A stretch of 64,000 nucleotides of DNA from an uncultured archaeon (lineage in GTDB: Archaea > Aenigmatarchaeota > Aenigmatarchaeia > QMZP01 > JACQNV01): assembly GCA_964410585.1 (NCBI GenBank), contig CAYPFW010000001.1:480001-544000 (forward strand), read 5' to 3'. The notes under the pieces are model-generated. The model was not told the DNA's origin and made no database searches. It was given only the letters and a program-made list of their open reading frames with translations. Positions 46,106 through 55,817 of this stretch are shown here, in pieces (position 1 is the first letter of the stretch; every line of letters starts with the position of its first letter). The position numbers and the translations under genes are program-made.

Positions 46106-47218
46106 ATCCCTTCCTGTCAAAGATTCACCCATTTGGATTCTATATATTGCTTCTGCAAGCATTGGTGCAACAGATCTAACTTCTAACCAATCTCTATTTT
46201 GTTCTAAATATCTATCGGATCTTGGAATAGAATCTGTACCAACAACTTGTATGCCAGCCTCCCTAAACCTATCCTCGGCTCTTTGATTAGTTTTTGGATC
46301 TCTACTCAAAACTAGATGTGTCCCATACTCCCTAACACTGAGGGCACCTTTTTCTATTAGCTTTTTGCCTCCACCACAACCTGTTTTTCCTGTATCTATT
46401 TGATCATCAACTTCAATTGCATGTCTTCCTCTTACAACATCCTCACCGATGACAAAGTAAAACTCAACACCTTCATCATTTCTCTTCTTCTCTACCATTG
46501 CAACTTTGAGCCCCGTTTTTTCAGCATATTGCCTTGTTCTTTTTAGTGATCCTTCGTCGGGGGCAACTGCAACGTAGTCTGGTTTTCCCTTAAAATCTTT
46601 TACAAAAAGCTGGAGCGCTCTCAAATGGTCAACAGGTATATTGAAAAATCCCTGCCCCTGTTCAGCATGAAGATCAAAAGTTAGAATTCTGTCTGCTCCA
46701 GAAACTTCTATAAGATCTGCAACTAGCTTCGCTGAAATTGGAACTCTGGCCCTATCAACTCTATCCTGTCTTTGGTATGGTATGTATGGAAGAACATTTG
46801 TTACTTCCTCCGCAGACGCAAGTTTCAAAGCCCTGTTGATTAGAAGAAGCTCCATTAAAGGCGTATGGGGGTCCACAGTGTCGTCCTCTGCATTGAATGT
46901 TTGAACAACGTAAACATTTTTCCTTCTCACTGTTTCTGATATTTGTGGGTAAATCTCCTTACTCGGGAAGACTGTGATGTTGACATCGTGCAAATAATTG
47001 TTTCCATTTGTTCGTCTACTAAATGCTAAAAGAAGACTCTGATAGAGGCTTTCTGCCCAGGATCTTAGCTGAGGTGTTAAACCATCTGGATAAGTAGGAT
47101 GTAAATCGCTTGGTTTAGCATGTTCTTGAACAAGTTCTGTAAATCTAGAATAAATTTTGTCTGCTAGAATTCTACTTCTAGGTGTTCTAAGAATTACAAG
47201 ATCGTCAGCCCTTGACAT
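46094..47218 (-). CDS. prs: Ribose-phosphate pyrophosphokinase
   Basis: PYIPYQRQDR, PISAKLVA, DLHAEQ.QGFF, VAPDEG, VDDQIDTGKT. Confidence 0.93.
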   Translation of the reverse strand: MSRADDLVILRTPRSRILADKIYSRFTELVQEHAKPSDLHPTYPDGLTPQLRSWAESLYQSLLLAFSRRTNGNNYLHDVNITVFPSKEIYPQISETVRRKNVYVVQTFNAEDDTVDPHTPLMELLLINRALKLASAEEVTNVLPYIPYQRQDRVDRARVPISAKLVADLIEVSGADRILTFDLHAEQGQGFFNIPVDHLRALQLFVKDFKGKPDYVAVAPDEGSLKRTRQYAEKTGLKVAMVEKKRNDEGVEFYFVIGEDVVRGRHAIEVDDQIDTGKTGCGGGKKLIEKGALSVREYGTHLVLSRDPKTNQRAEDRFREAGIQVVGTDSIPRSDRYLEQNRDWLEVRSVAPMLAEAIYRIQMGESLTGRDLLL

Positions 47219-47404
47219 TTTTGCCTCCGATTCTAATTAACACTAAGAAATAAAAATGAATTGGGTTTTGTTTTTGACAAAATGATGTATATTCTTCTGA
47301 AACCAGTTAGAAACCGAAACTGGCAAAACCAGTTTCCAGCTGATGTGTTTTTTAGTTCAGGTTTTCTTTATCCGGAATATATTGAAAGAAAAAGTGAAAA
47401 TCAA

Positions 47405-47533
47405 TAGCGAGGGTTGGATTTGAACCAACGACCTTTACCCGAAGAATATTATCTTCTCTGGGTTATGATTCTGGTTGGTATTTATTTCTAATTACCAAAG
47501 CCCAGCGAGAACTCCAAGCTCCTCCACCTCGCT
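47405..47533 (-). tRNA. Initiator tRNA-Met(CAT) with introns at 32/33 (47469-47499) and 43/44 (47435-47457)
   Basis: A1-U72 acceptor AGCGAGG/CCTCGCT, CTGGG/CCCAG anticodon stem with three G-C pairs, TTCAAAT loop; both introns have BHB helices. Confidence 0.92.
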
Positions 47534-47600
47534 ATCGATAGGTTATAATGGGTCTGTGTATATTAAAAAGGTTTTTATACAGGATTGGACAAAAATAAAG

Positions 47601-48134
47601 ATGATATCAAAAGGTATATTTGTTTTACTTCTTGTTTCAATTGTTTTAGTCAGCGGGTGTGTAAATAATCCTCCACAGCCAAATGTAGAGCCAACAAAAG
47701 AAACACCATCTGCAGCAGATAAAACATACACATTTACTGATTTAGGCATTAAGCTAAACTATCCAAACACATGGACAACAGAAACATTTCTAGGCCAAAC
47801 AAGGTTTTTGTCAAAAGATGAAAGTGATTATTCCATACCAACTGTTTTGAGTGTAAGCGCTGAAGATTGGACAGGTACACTGGACGAATATACAACAAAA
47901 TATATTGGAGAGCTGACTTCAGCGGACGAGTCAACAATAGAAACAGAATCAGCAACAGTAGCAAATATAGAAGCGAATAAAATAACATTTAGTGGAGAGG
48001 GCAGACAATTTGTGCATACAGTTTTCTTAAAAAATGGAAAAGCATATTCATTAGCATTTGGCACATCTGAAGATACGTTTACAAAATACTTCCCTGATTC
48101 TGAATCAATACTAGGCTCCCTCGAATTTGTATAA
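47601..48134 (+). CDS. PsbP/Mog1-like lipoprotein
   Basis: LVSGC lipobox-like motif, GIKLNYPNTW, KNGKAY.L.F, IL.S.EF. Confidence 0.75.
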   Translation: MISKGIFVLLLVSIVLVSGCVNNPPQPNVEPTKETPSAADKTYTFTDLGIKLNYPNTWTTETFLGQTRFLSKDESDYSIPTVLSVSAEDWTGTLDEYTTKYIGELTSADESTIETESATVANIEANKITFSGEGRQFVHTVFLKNGKAYSLAFGTSEDTFTKYFPDSESILGSLEFV

Positions 48135-48168
48135 TTCCTATTTTTAACCAACTCACTAATATTATACC

Positions 48169-49866
48169 ATGTTGTATTCTAAACTAGCCGACACATACGA
48201 AAAACTTGAAAAAACTTCTGGAAGGTTGGATAAGACAGCTATAATAGCTGACCTCCTGAAAGAGGCAAAACCAGAGGATCTGGAAAAAATTTCTTTGTTG
48301 GTTCAGGGAGTTGTCTTCCCTTCTTGGAGTGAAAAAGAGATAGGCGTGGCCAAAAAAATGGTGATCAGGATTATTTCTGTTGCAACTGGGTTTCCTGATT
48401 CTGAAATTGTAAACAGGTACAACAAGATTGGTGATCTTGGTTTGGTGGTTGAAGAGCTTGTTTCAAAAAAGAAACAGCAAACACTTTTGCAAAAACATTT
48501 AACAGTTGAAAAAGTTTTTGAGAATTTGAGGAAGCTGGCAGAAATGGAAGGCACAGGATCGCAGGACAGAAAGGTCTCTTTGGTTTCTGAATTGATTTCT
48601 TTTTCAAAACCAAAAGAGTCTAAATACATTGTTAGAACTGTTTTAGAAGAGTTGAGAGTGGGGGTTGCTGAAGGTGTGCTGAGGGACGCAATAGGAAAAG
48701 CATTTGATGTAAGCCCAACAGATGTTGAAAATGCTTGGTTTATTTTGCCTGATTATGGAGAGATTGCAAAAATAGCAAAAGAAAAAGGTGAGAGAGGCCT
48801 CAAGAATGTTGAGATAAGCCTAGGCACACCGATAAATGTTTTGCTTGCTGAAAAATCTCCTTCTTTAGAAGAGGCACTAAATGAATTTGATAACACTGCC
48901 TTAGAATTCAAATATGATGGAATGAGATGCTTGATACACAGAAAAGGGGACAGAGTTTGGATATTTACACGAAGGCTGGAAGATGTCACAGCAGCCTTCC
49001 CAGATATTGTTGAATTGGTTAGAAAAAATGTCAAAGCAGACAATTGTATTCTAGATTCTGAGGCAATTGGACTGGATCCAAAAACCAATAAGCCTCAACC
49101 ATTCCAAGTTTTATCAACAAGGATAAAAAGGAAGTATGATGTTGAGAAAACGCTAAAAGAAATTCCGATAAAAATTAATTTTTTTGATATACTCTATCTT
49201 GATAAAAAAACCCTTTTTGATTTGCCATTAAGGGAAAGGTATGAAATTTTGAGAAAAACCTTTAAACCAATAGAAGGCAAGCTACAACTAGCTGAGCATT
49301 TAGAGACAAAAGACTTGAAAGAGGCTGAAAAATTTTATAAAAAATCTTTAAGCGAAGGGAATGAAGGACTTATTGTAAAAAACTTGGATGCAAAATATCA
49401 GCCTGGGAGAAGAGTTGGTTTTTGGCTTAAAGTAAAACCAACAATGGAGAACCTTGATTTAGCAATTATCGGTTTTGTTTGGGGAACTGGAAAAAGAACA
49501 GGGTGGGCAGGCTCGCTGATTCTTGGTTGTAAAGATGAAAAAACAGGAAAGTTTTTGGAGTGTGGTATGCTTGGAACAGGTATAAAAGAGAAAAAAGAAA
49601 ATGAAGGCGACCTAACATTTGAAGAATTGACAAAAATGTTGAGACTACTAATTATTGAAGAAAAAGAAAGCCAGGTTATTGTGAAGCCGAAAATTGTGAT
49701 TGAAGTTGCATATGAGGAGATACAAAAATCTCCAACATATTCTTCTGGATATGCTTTAAGATTTCCTAGATTCGTTAGAGAAAGAACTTTGGAAAAATCT
49801 GCCTCAAAATGCGATACTTTGGAGAGGTTGGAGATACTATTTAACCAACAAAAGAAGAGAAATTAA
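48169..49866 (+). CDS. lig: ATP-dependent DNA ligase
   Basis: EFKYDG, EGLIVK, Y.PGRR..WLKVK, ALRFPRF. Confidence 0.97.
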   Translation: MLYSKLADTYEKLEKTSGRLDKTAIIADLLKEAKPEDLEKISLLVQGVVFPSWSEKEIGVAKKMVIRIISVATGFPDSEIVNRYNKIGDLGLVVEELVSKKKQQTLLQKHLTVEKVFENLRKLAEMEGTGSQDRKVSLVSELISFSKPKESKYIVRTVLEELRVGVAEGVLRDAIGKAFDVSPTDVENAWFILPDYGEIAKIAKEKGERGLKNVEISLGTPINVLLAEKSPSLEEALNEFDNTALEFKYDGMRCLIHRKGDRVWIFTRRLEDVTAAFPDIVELVRKNVKADNCILDSEAIGLDPKTNKPQPFQVLSTRIKRKYDVEKTLKEIPIKINFFDILYLDKKTLFDLPLRERYEILRKTFKPIEGKLQLAEHLETKDLKEAEKFYKKSLSEGNEGLIVKNLDAKYQPGRRVGFWLKVKPTMENLDLAIIGFVWGTGKRTGWAGSLILGCKDEKTGKFLECGMLGTGIKEKKENEGDLTFEELTKMLRLLIIEEKESQVIVKPKIVIEVAYEEIQKSPTYSSGYALRFPRFVRERTLEKSASKCDTLERLEILFNQQKKRN

Positions 49867-49896
49867 CTATCAAATTCGGTATTTTTAGTGGGCTTG

Positions 49897-49911
49897 TATA
49901 ACGGTGTTATA
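49897..49911. promoter_or_regulatory. TATAACGGTGTTATA operator-like palindrome upstream of a TrmB gene
   Basis: Same motif as 20206-20327. Confidence 0.5.
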
Positions 49912-50124
49912 TAACTAAAACCGCTATACAGAAGCCCCATAAATTTTGGCAAAAACCGAAAGGTATTTAAATATATCGTTGTCATTGCTAGGTGACAAAA
50001 GCTTATATAGCTTAGCTACAATAATTACACACTAAATACATTATATTGGTTTTGTAGTAGTAACAAACTGTAATGTATATAAAGGAGAATACCCCTATAT
50101 TTTATTAAAAGGGGGCTTTATCAT

Positions 50125-50910
50125 ATGGTTGTATCAACAGAAGTTTTGGACGCTCTAAAAGGCATCGGATTAAACTTATACGAAAGGAAAATATTTGTAG
50201 CTTTGCTTGCTAAAGGAATTGCAACAGCAGGTGAGGTGTCAGGAATTGCAAAAGTTCCTAGATCTCGTTCTTATGATATTCTTGAAAGTTTAGCTGAGAA
50301 AGGTTTTGTTATCATGCAACCCTCTAAGCCTATTAGATATATTGCATTGGATCCATCAGACGCATTAGAAAGAGTTCAATCAAATATGGAAGTTAAACAT
50401 GCTGAGACTCTTCAAAGAATGGAAAAAATGAAAACTTCCCCTGTTCTAGCTGAACTTCAAAAAGTTTTCAAGACAGGATTTTCACTTGTCCAGCCATTTG
50501 AAATGACTGGAACAATAAAAGGCCGACACTCAATTAACCAACATGTTAAATCTTTGCTAAAAGGCGCAAAGAGCAATGTCACATTCTTGACAACAGAAAA
50601 CGGTCTACAAGACCTTCATTCTGCACACTTTAACACATTGAAAAAACTTTCTAAAAGAGGAGTTAAAATAAAAGTTTATGCTCCTTTGAAAGACAAAGTA
50701 AAAGCTGGCAAACTAAAGGAAGTTGCTGACTTAAACCACGTTGATGCTTCAAAAGGAAGGGTTGTCACAATCGATGACCAGCACGTTGTTTTCTCATTGA
50801 CAAACGATACAGAAGTGCACCCAACACAAGATGTCGCATTCTGGACAAACTCACCACACGCAGTCAAAGATGTTTTCCAGCCAATGCTTCAAGCTTCTTT
50901 GAAGAGATAG
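50125..50910 (+). CDS. TrmB-family transcriptional regulator (TrmBL2-like)
   Basis: GLNLYERK..VALL..G..TAGE.S.IA.VPRSR.YDILESL..KGF. Confidence 0.92.
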   Translation: MVVSTEVLDALKGIGLNLYERKIFVALLAKGIATAGEVSGIAKVPRSRSYDILESLAEKGFVIMQPSKPIRYIALDPSDALERVQSNMEVKHAETLQRMEKMKTSPVLAELQKVFKTGFSLVQPFEMTGTIKGRHSINQHVKSLLKGAKSNVTFLTTENGLQDLHSAHFNTLKKLSKRGVKIKVYAPLKDKVKAGKLKEVADLNHVDASKGRVVTIDDQHVVFSLTNDTEVHPTQDVAFWTNSPHAVKDVFQPMLQASLKR

Positions 50911-50971
50911 CTATCCTTTTTCTTTTCAAAAAAGAAAAAGTATACCGTACCCAAAAAGAAAACGGTATACA
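50911..50971. repeat. Family C (divergent)
   Basis: CTATCCTTTTTCTTTTCAAAAAAGAAAAAGTATACCGTACCCAAAAAGAAAACGGTATACA. Confidence 0.6.
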
Positions 50972-51070
50972 AATTTTAAAATTAGATGTAAGTATGTCTT
51001 AACATACTTCTGATTTGTCTTTGCTATTCAATGATCAAAGGCATAAAAAGCTTATTATCAAATAATTCTT

Positions 51071-51559
51071 ATGAACAAAACACTGACTTCTATAAGAAAT
51101 TTTGCATACAAAACAGTAGACGAAATCGGTTATCGGGTAGGGGGATTTATTCCGCCACTTTTAGTTGGTTATATGATTTTTAGTCTTGGTTCACATAATG
51201 GGTGCCTGGATTCTGACAGAACAGGGGGAGCTTTGAGACACCAAAACCCAAGTAACCCAATCAAGACTGTAGTTTCTGTTGAAGAAGAATGGAGTGATAA
51301 TTCAGCATTGAGCATGATTTCTGGCGGAGTCTACAATCCACATGTTAGGAGAGAAATCACTTTCGAGGATGGGTCTAAAGCAATGCTCAGCTACCGAACT
51401 CAAGCTTGGCAACCAATTAGGCGTTGGTTGAGAGGCGAGGAGTTTAATCCAAAACCAGGCGAAAAGTACGAAGTGGTTTCAGGGGATGTTGGAGAAATTG
51501 TTTGGTCAAAAGGATTAGAATTAAATAGGTTAGATAAGATTGTCAGAAGAGTTGAATAA
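51071..51559 (+). CDS. Hypothetical membrane-anchored protein
   Basis: 162-aa ORF, one TM. Confidence 0.65.
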   Translation: MNKTLTSIRNFAYKTVDEIGYRVGGFIPPLLVGYMIFSLGSHNGCLDSDRTGGALRHQNPSNPIKTVVSVEEEWSDNSALSMISGGVYNPHVRREITFEDGSKAMLSYRTQAWQPIRRWLRGEEFNPKPGEKYEVVSGDVGEIVWSKGLELNRLDKIVRRVE

Positions 51560-51589
51560 CAATTTATATCCACCAATCCAAATTTAATT

Positions 51590-51808
51590 ATGCAAAGTGT
51601 TGAAAGGGTTTTTGAAAAAATTAACAAAGAGCTTTCTCCAGAACACAAGGGAGAAATAGTTGCAATAGATTTGGATACAGGCAAATATTTTTTGGGGCAC
51701 ACTGAACTAGATGCATACAAAAAGGCGTCTAAAGAACTTCCCAAAAAGAAATTTGTGTTTAAGCGAATTGGTTTTGATTCTACACATTTTGTTGGCGGTA
51801 TTAATTGA
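51590..51808 (+). CDS. DUF5678-like small protein
   Basis: KGEIVAID..TG.YFLG....DAY.KA....P.K.FVFKRIG. Confidence 0.7.
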   Translation: MQSVERVFEKINKELSPEHKGEIVAIDLDTGKYFLGHTELDAYKKASKELPKKKFVFKRIGFDSTHFVGGIN

Positions 51809-51876
51809 AAGATCTAAAAACATTCTCAAAGTTACAAAGCCAAAATAATATAAACCTTCTTCTACCGTATTAAACT

Positions 51877-54111
51877 ATGCCCCGAAAAACAACAAAACCA
51901 ACTGCAACTGAATCAAAGTTAGAAAAACCTAAAAAAAGCTTAAAAGAGGAGTCAATTGAAGAAAAACCAACTACACAAGAAACAAAAGCCACAAAACCAA
52001 AACTAGAAAAAACACCTTATCCTTACACTCTAATAATTTCTGAGAAACCAAACAGCGCAAAGAGGATAGCTCAGGCCCTTTCTGAAAAAGCTGAGAAAAT
52101 ATCGGACGGAAATGTTTCTTTCTACGAATTAGTTTACAAAGGCGAGAAAATAAGGGTTGCATCTGCTGTTGGCCACTTATTCACTTTGCAGGACAAAAGC
52201 GGTGGATGGACATATCCTGCTTTCAATGTCGAATGGACGCCAAGCTACCAGGCATCTGAATCATCTAGATTCACAAAAGCATATTTTGACATGTTGCAAA
52301 AGCTTGCAAAAAACGCGACAATGTTTATTAATGGTTGCGACTTGGATAGGGAAGGCGAGCTTATTTTCAGGAATGTTCTTAGGTTTATTTGTGGAAAAGA
52401 AGATGGGAAAAGAATGCGGTTTTCAACTTTGACAAAAGACGAATTGATACAAGCATATGAAAATGCAGCGCCTCATATTGATTTTGGTTTGGCAGAAGCA
52501 GGTGAAGCCAGACATATTATGGATTATTTTTGGGGTATTTCCGTCTCAAGGGCTTTGACAATTGCTTTGAGAGATTCTGGTGGATACAAAGTACTTTCAA
52601 CAGGAAGAGTTCAAGGCCCAACACTGGAAATACTCACAAAAAGAGAACAGGAGATAGGAAGCTTCAAGCCAGACCCATTTTGGGAAATCCTATCAAAACT
52701 AAAATTCAAAGACCAAGTTGTTGAAGCTCCACATGAAAAAGGCAAGTTTGAGAAAAAAGAAGAAGCTGAGGCTATTTTTAAAAAATGCAAAGGCAAGCCT
52801 GCTGCTGTTGATTCTGTAGACAAAAAAGAATACAAGCAAGCACCGCCAACACCTTTTGATTTAACAACTTTGCAAAGGGAATCTTACAATAACTTTGGGT
52901 TTTCCCCTAAAAGGACTTTAGACATAGCACAGACCTTGTACGAGGCCGCTCTTATCTCCTATCCAAGAACATCTTCACAAAAACTTCCAGCAAAATTAGG
53001 TTGGAAGGCTATACTTCAGCAATTAGCCAAAAACAAAAATTTTGAAAAGCAATGCGAACAGCTTTTGGCTAAACCAAATCTAAAACCAAACGAAGGCCCT
53101 AAAGAAGATCCTGCCCACCCTTCTATTTACCCAACTGGATTAAGGCCAGACAAACTCAATGTAGAGCAAGCAAAACTATACGATCTAATTGTGAAAAGAT
53201 TCCTTGCTGTTTTTGGCGAACCTGCAATAAGGGAGTCTCTCAAAGTTGGAATAAAAATAGAAGGCGAAAAATTCATAGCAACAGGTGTCAGGACAATAAA
53301 AGCAAACTGGATTGATTTGTACAAACCGTACTCAAAATTCAAAGAGGCCTTGCTCCCAGAAATCAAGAAAGGTGACAAGCCTGAAGTGGTGAGTTTGGAT
53401 TTGTTGGAAAAGCAAACGCAGCCACCAAAAAGATATACACAAGCTTCTATTTTGAAAAAGCTCGAAGATTTGAACCTAGGGACAAAAGGAACAAGGGCAA
53501 GTATTTTGCAAACTCTTTATGACAGAGGCTATATCCAAGACCAAACAATCACAGTTACTGAATTAGGTAAATCAGTTATTCATGCACTAGAGGCATACTG
53601 CCCTGAAATTGTTTCTGTTGAATTAACAGGACAGTTTGAAAAAGAAATGGAGCTCATAGATGCTGGTAAATCGAAAAAAGAGAAAATAATAGATGATGCC
53701 AAAAAATCATTGACAGAAATTTTGGAAAAGTTCAAAAAGAACCAAAAGGAGATAGGAAAAGAACTCTTGAAGGGAATGAGATCGGTGATGAAAGCAGAGA
53801 GTTATATTGGAAAATGCCAATCTGGAGGAAACTTGGAAATAAAAACATCAATGAACAACAAGCAGTTTGTCGGTTGCTCTGATTATCCGAAATGTACACA
53901 AACATATCCTCTTCCTCAAAAAGGCAGGATTTTCATCCAAAAAACACCTTGCCCTAAATGCGGTTTGAGCATACTTTCTATACGGCAATACAAGAAAAGG
54001 CCTTGGAACCTTTGCGTGAAAGACGGTTTTGTGAACATATCAACTAAGAAGCCAAAATCAGAAGATTCTGAAAAACCACAAACTGAAAAAGAAGAGACAG
54101 AAAGCGTATAA
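51877..54111 (+). CDS. topA: DNA topoisomerase I (type IA)
   Basis: IISEKP, VGHL, CDLDREGE, STGRVQGP, ISYPRT, AHP.I.PT, C-terminal Zn ribbons. Confidence 0.97.
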   Translation: MPRKTTKPTATESKLEKPKKSLKEESIEEKPTTQETKATKPKLEKTPYPYTLIISEKPNSAKRIAQALSEKAEKISDGNVSFYELVYKGEKIRVASAVGHLFTLQDKSGGWTYPAFNVEWTPSYQASESSRFTKAYFDMLQKLAKNATMFINGCDLDREGELIFRNVLRFICGKEDGKRMRFSTLTKDELIQAYENAAPHIDFGLAEAGEARHIMDYFWGISVSRALTIALRDSGGYKVLSTGRVQGPTLEILTKREQEIGSFKPDPFWEILSKLKFKDQVVEAPHEKGKFEKKEEAEAIFKKCKGKPAAVDSVDKKEYKQAPPTPFDLTTLQRESYNNFGFSPKRTLDIAQTLYEAALISYPRTSSQKLPAKLGWKAILQQLAKNKNFEKQCEQLLAKPNLKPNEGPKEDPAHPSIYPTGLRPDKLNVEQAKLYDLIVKRFLAVFGEPAIRESLKVGIKIEGEKFIATGVRTIKANWIDLYKPYSKFKEALLPEIKKGDKPEVVSLDLLEKQTQPPKRYTQASILKKLEDLNLGTKGTRASILQTLYDRGYIQDQTITVTELGKSVIHALEAYCPEIVSVELTGQFEKEMELIDAGKSKKEKIIDDAKKSLTEILEKFKKNQKEIGKELLKGMRSVMKAESYIGKCQSGGNLEIKTSMNNKQFVGCSDYPKCTQTYPLPQKGRIFIQKTPCPKCGLSILSIRQYKKRPWNLCVKDGFVNISTKKPKSEDSEKPQTEKEETESV

Positions 54112-54176
54112 CAGTGTTATCTGCTCCTTTTAAATAACTATATTTTCTATTAATTAGTGGTATCATTTATGTATTT

Positions 54177-55088
54177 ATGAAAAGAAAAACAAGGAGAAAT
54201 GACAGACCAGAGGTTCGCAGCAAACCAAAACTAACAGGAGTTCAAAAACTTATACTTGCAGGCACGGCCACCGCTTCTTTAGCAATTGGTGGAGCAATTG
54301 CCTATCGCTCATTTTCAGAACCGAACAAGCCTCCTAGAGTAGAACAAAGAGCAAAAATTTCTTTCCAAGAGGCTCAAAGAGATGAGACCCTAAGACAAAG
54401 ATACATTGATCAAAAAGCATACCCATTAAGCAAAGAGTTTGACAGAAGTTTCAAAAGCAGAATTACCGAGGCCATTGTTTATGATCACGACTTCGGTCAA
54501 CTTGATGAGGCTTGCAGACTTGGTTTAGAAAAATATGGCGCCGATTCACCACAATCAACTTATTTTAGAAACATTATCAAGCAAAATCAAGAAAACAGGG
54601 AAAGAGAAAATCAAAAAATTTTAGGTATGACCATCTTGCCAACAGTTAATTTTGCTGAAGGTGGGGCAAGCGAGATTTATTTCTCAAAAGACTGTTTTAA
54701 TCCTGAACTTGTTGCATCTGAAGATGAATTTTTATCGCTTTTAGATCATGAGATGTTCCATGCAGCTTGCAATAATAAAGGAATGCCAATCAAACACGAA
54801 GTAGGAGCAAAATATGGTTTAGACTCTATTAGTGCAGTCGAATTCCTAAACCCAGATCTCGTTAGTGCATCCTTTGAAGTTGTTGCCTTTAATTTTCAGT
54901 TGAAAGAGATAGACGAAGGACGAAGAAAAGTGGGACCAGCTTTTAGGCAAAGAACAATCACTTCATACAATAATTATTATCAAACAATAAAATCCTTTGC
55001 TGATAGGAATGATGGATCATTGGATTCCAGATTTTCTTCTGCACTTATAGAATATCTAACATATCATCCTAGACTTAGAAAATACTAA
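54177..55088 (+). CDS. Membrane-anchored hypothetical protein with HExxH motif
   Basis: N-terminal TM, LDHEMFHA, FE..AF..QL. Confidence 0.7.
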   Translation: MKRKTRRNDRPEVRSKPKLTGVQKLILAGTATASLAIGGAIAYRSFSEPNKPPRVEQRAKISFQEAQRDETLRQRYIDQKAYPLSKEFDRSFKSRITEAIVYDHDFGQLDEACRLGLEKYGADSPQSTYFRNIIKQNQENRERENQKILGMTILPTVNFAEGGASEIYFSKDCFNPELVASEDEFLSLLDHEMFHAACNNKGMPIKHEVGAKYGLDSISAVEFLNPDLVSASFEVVAFNFQLKEIDEGRRKVGPAFRQRTITSYNNYYQTIKSFADRNDGSLDSRFSSALIEYLTYHPRLRKY

Positions 55089-55782
55089 ACTTGCTCGGCT
55101 TTATGCCGTCTTCGACAATTTGGAATTTTGTTGATTTTCCTTCTTCAATTGATCTATGCTTTGTAACAGTAGCCTTCCTTTCACCTGTTTTGTTTGTCCT
55201 TTCTAGCAGAACCATACACTTTGACCAATACTTCATCGAGTCTCCGCCGATGATTTCATTTTCTCCATTATCCCAGTTTTTGAATGTGTGCGCAGTGACC
55301 AAAACAGGAATCTTCCTTTCCTTTGCAATGTTTGAGAGGATGGAAAGTTGTTTTGAAAGTTCTCTGTTCGCCTCCATTCTCTCGCTATTCCATTGATCTG
55401 TAGAAGATTCGAGCCTGTACAAAGAAACAGCAGAATCTAGGATTATTAAGTCAGCATCTATGTTTTCTGTTTCTCTTATGAGCTTCGCTTGCTCTTGGAA
55501 ATTTTTTGGCTCAAGAAGTTTTATCTGCTCTAAGTATTTGTCATTTTTTCCGCTCAGTTGTCTAAACCGATCAAGAGAAAAGCTTCCTTCTGTATCTATG
55601 TATACAACCTGTCCACCCTGTTTGGCAATTTCAATTGCTGAAATCAAACAGATGTTTGTTTTTCCAGAACCAGGAGACCCATAAAAATTAGTGACTGCTT
55701 TTTTTTCCAAACCCTTCATCAGGCTAAAAAACGGCTCTGGCAAAAGCAAAAACCCAAGATCTTCTTTTTGCAAAGTTTCCAT
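55075..55782 (-). CDS. radB: DNA repair protein RadB
   Basis: GSPGSGKTN, YIDTEG.FS..R, LDS...LYR, GG..MKYWSK, KHR. Confidence 0.92.
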   Translation of the reverse strand: METLQKEDLGFLLLPEPFFSLMKGLEKKAVTNFYGSPGSGKTNICLISAIEIAKQGGQVVYIDTEGSFSLDRFRQLSGKNDKYLEQIKLLEPKNFQEQAKLIRETENIDADLIILDSAVSLYRLESSTDQWNSERMEANRELSKQLSILSNIAKERKIPVLVTAHTFKNWDNGENEIIGGDSMKYWSKCMVLLERTNKTGERKATVTKHRSIEEGKSTKFQIVEDGIKPSKFSIF

Positions 55783-55817
55783 ACATGATTAATAACACTT
55801 AGAATTAAAAACATATC

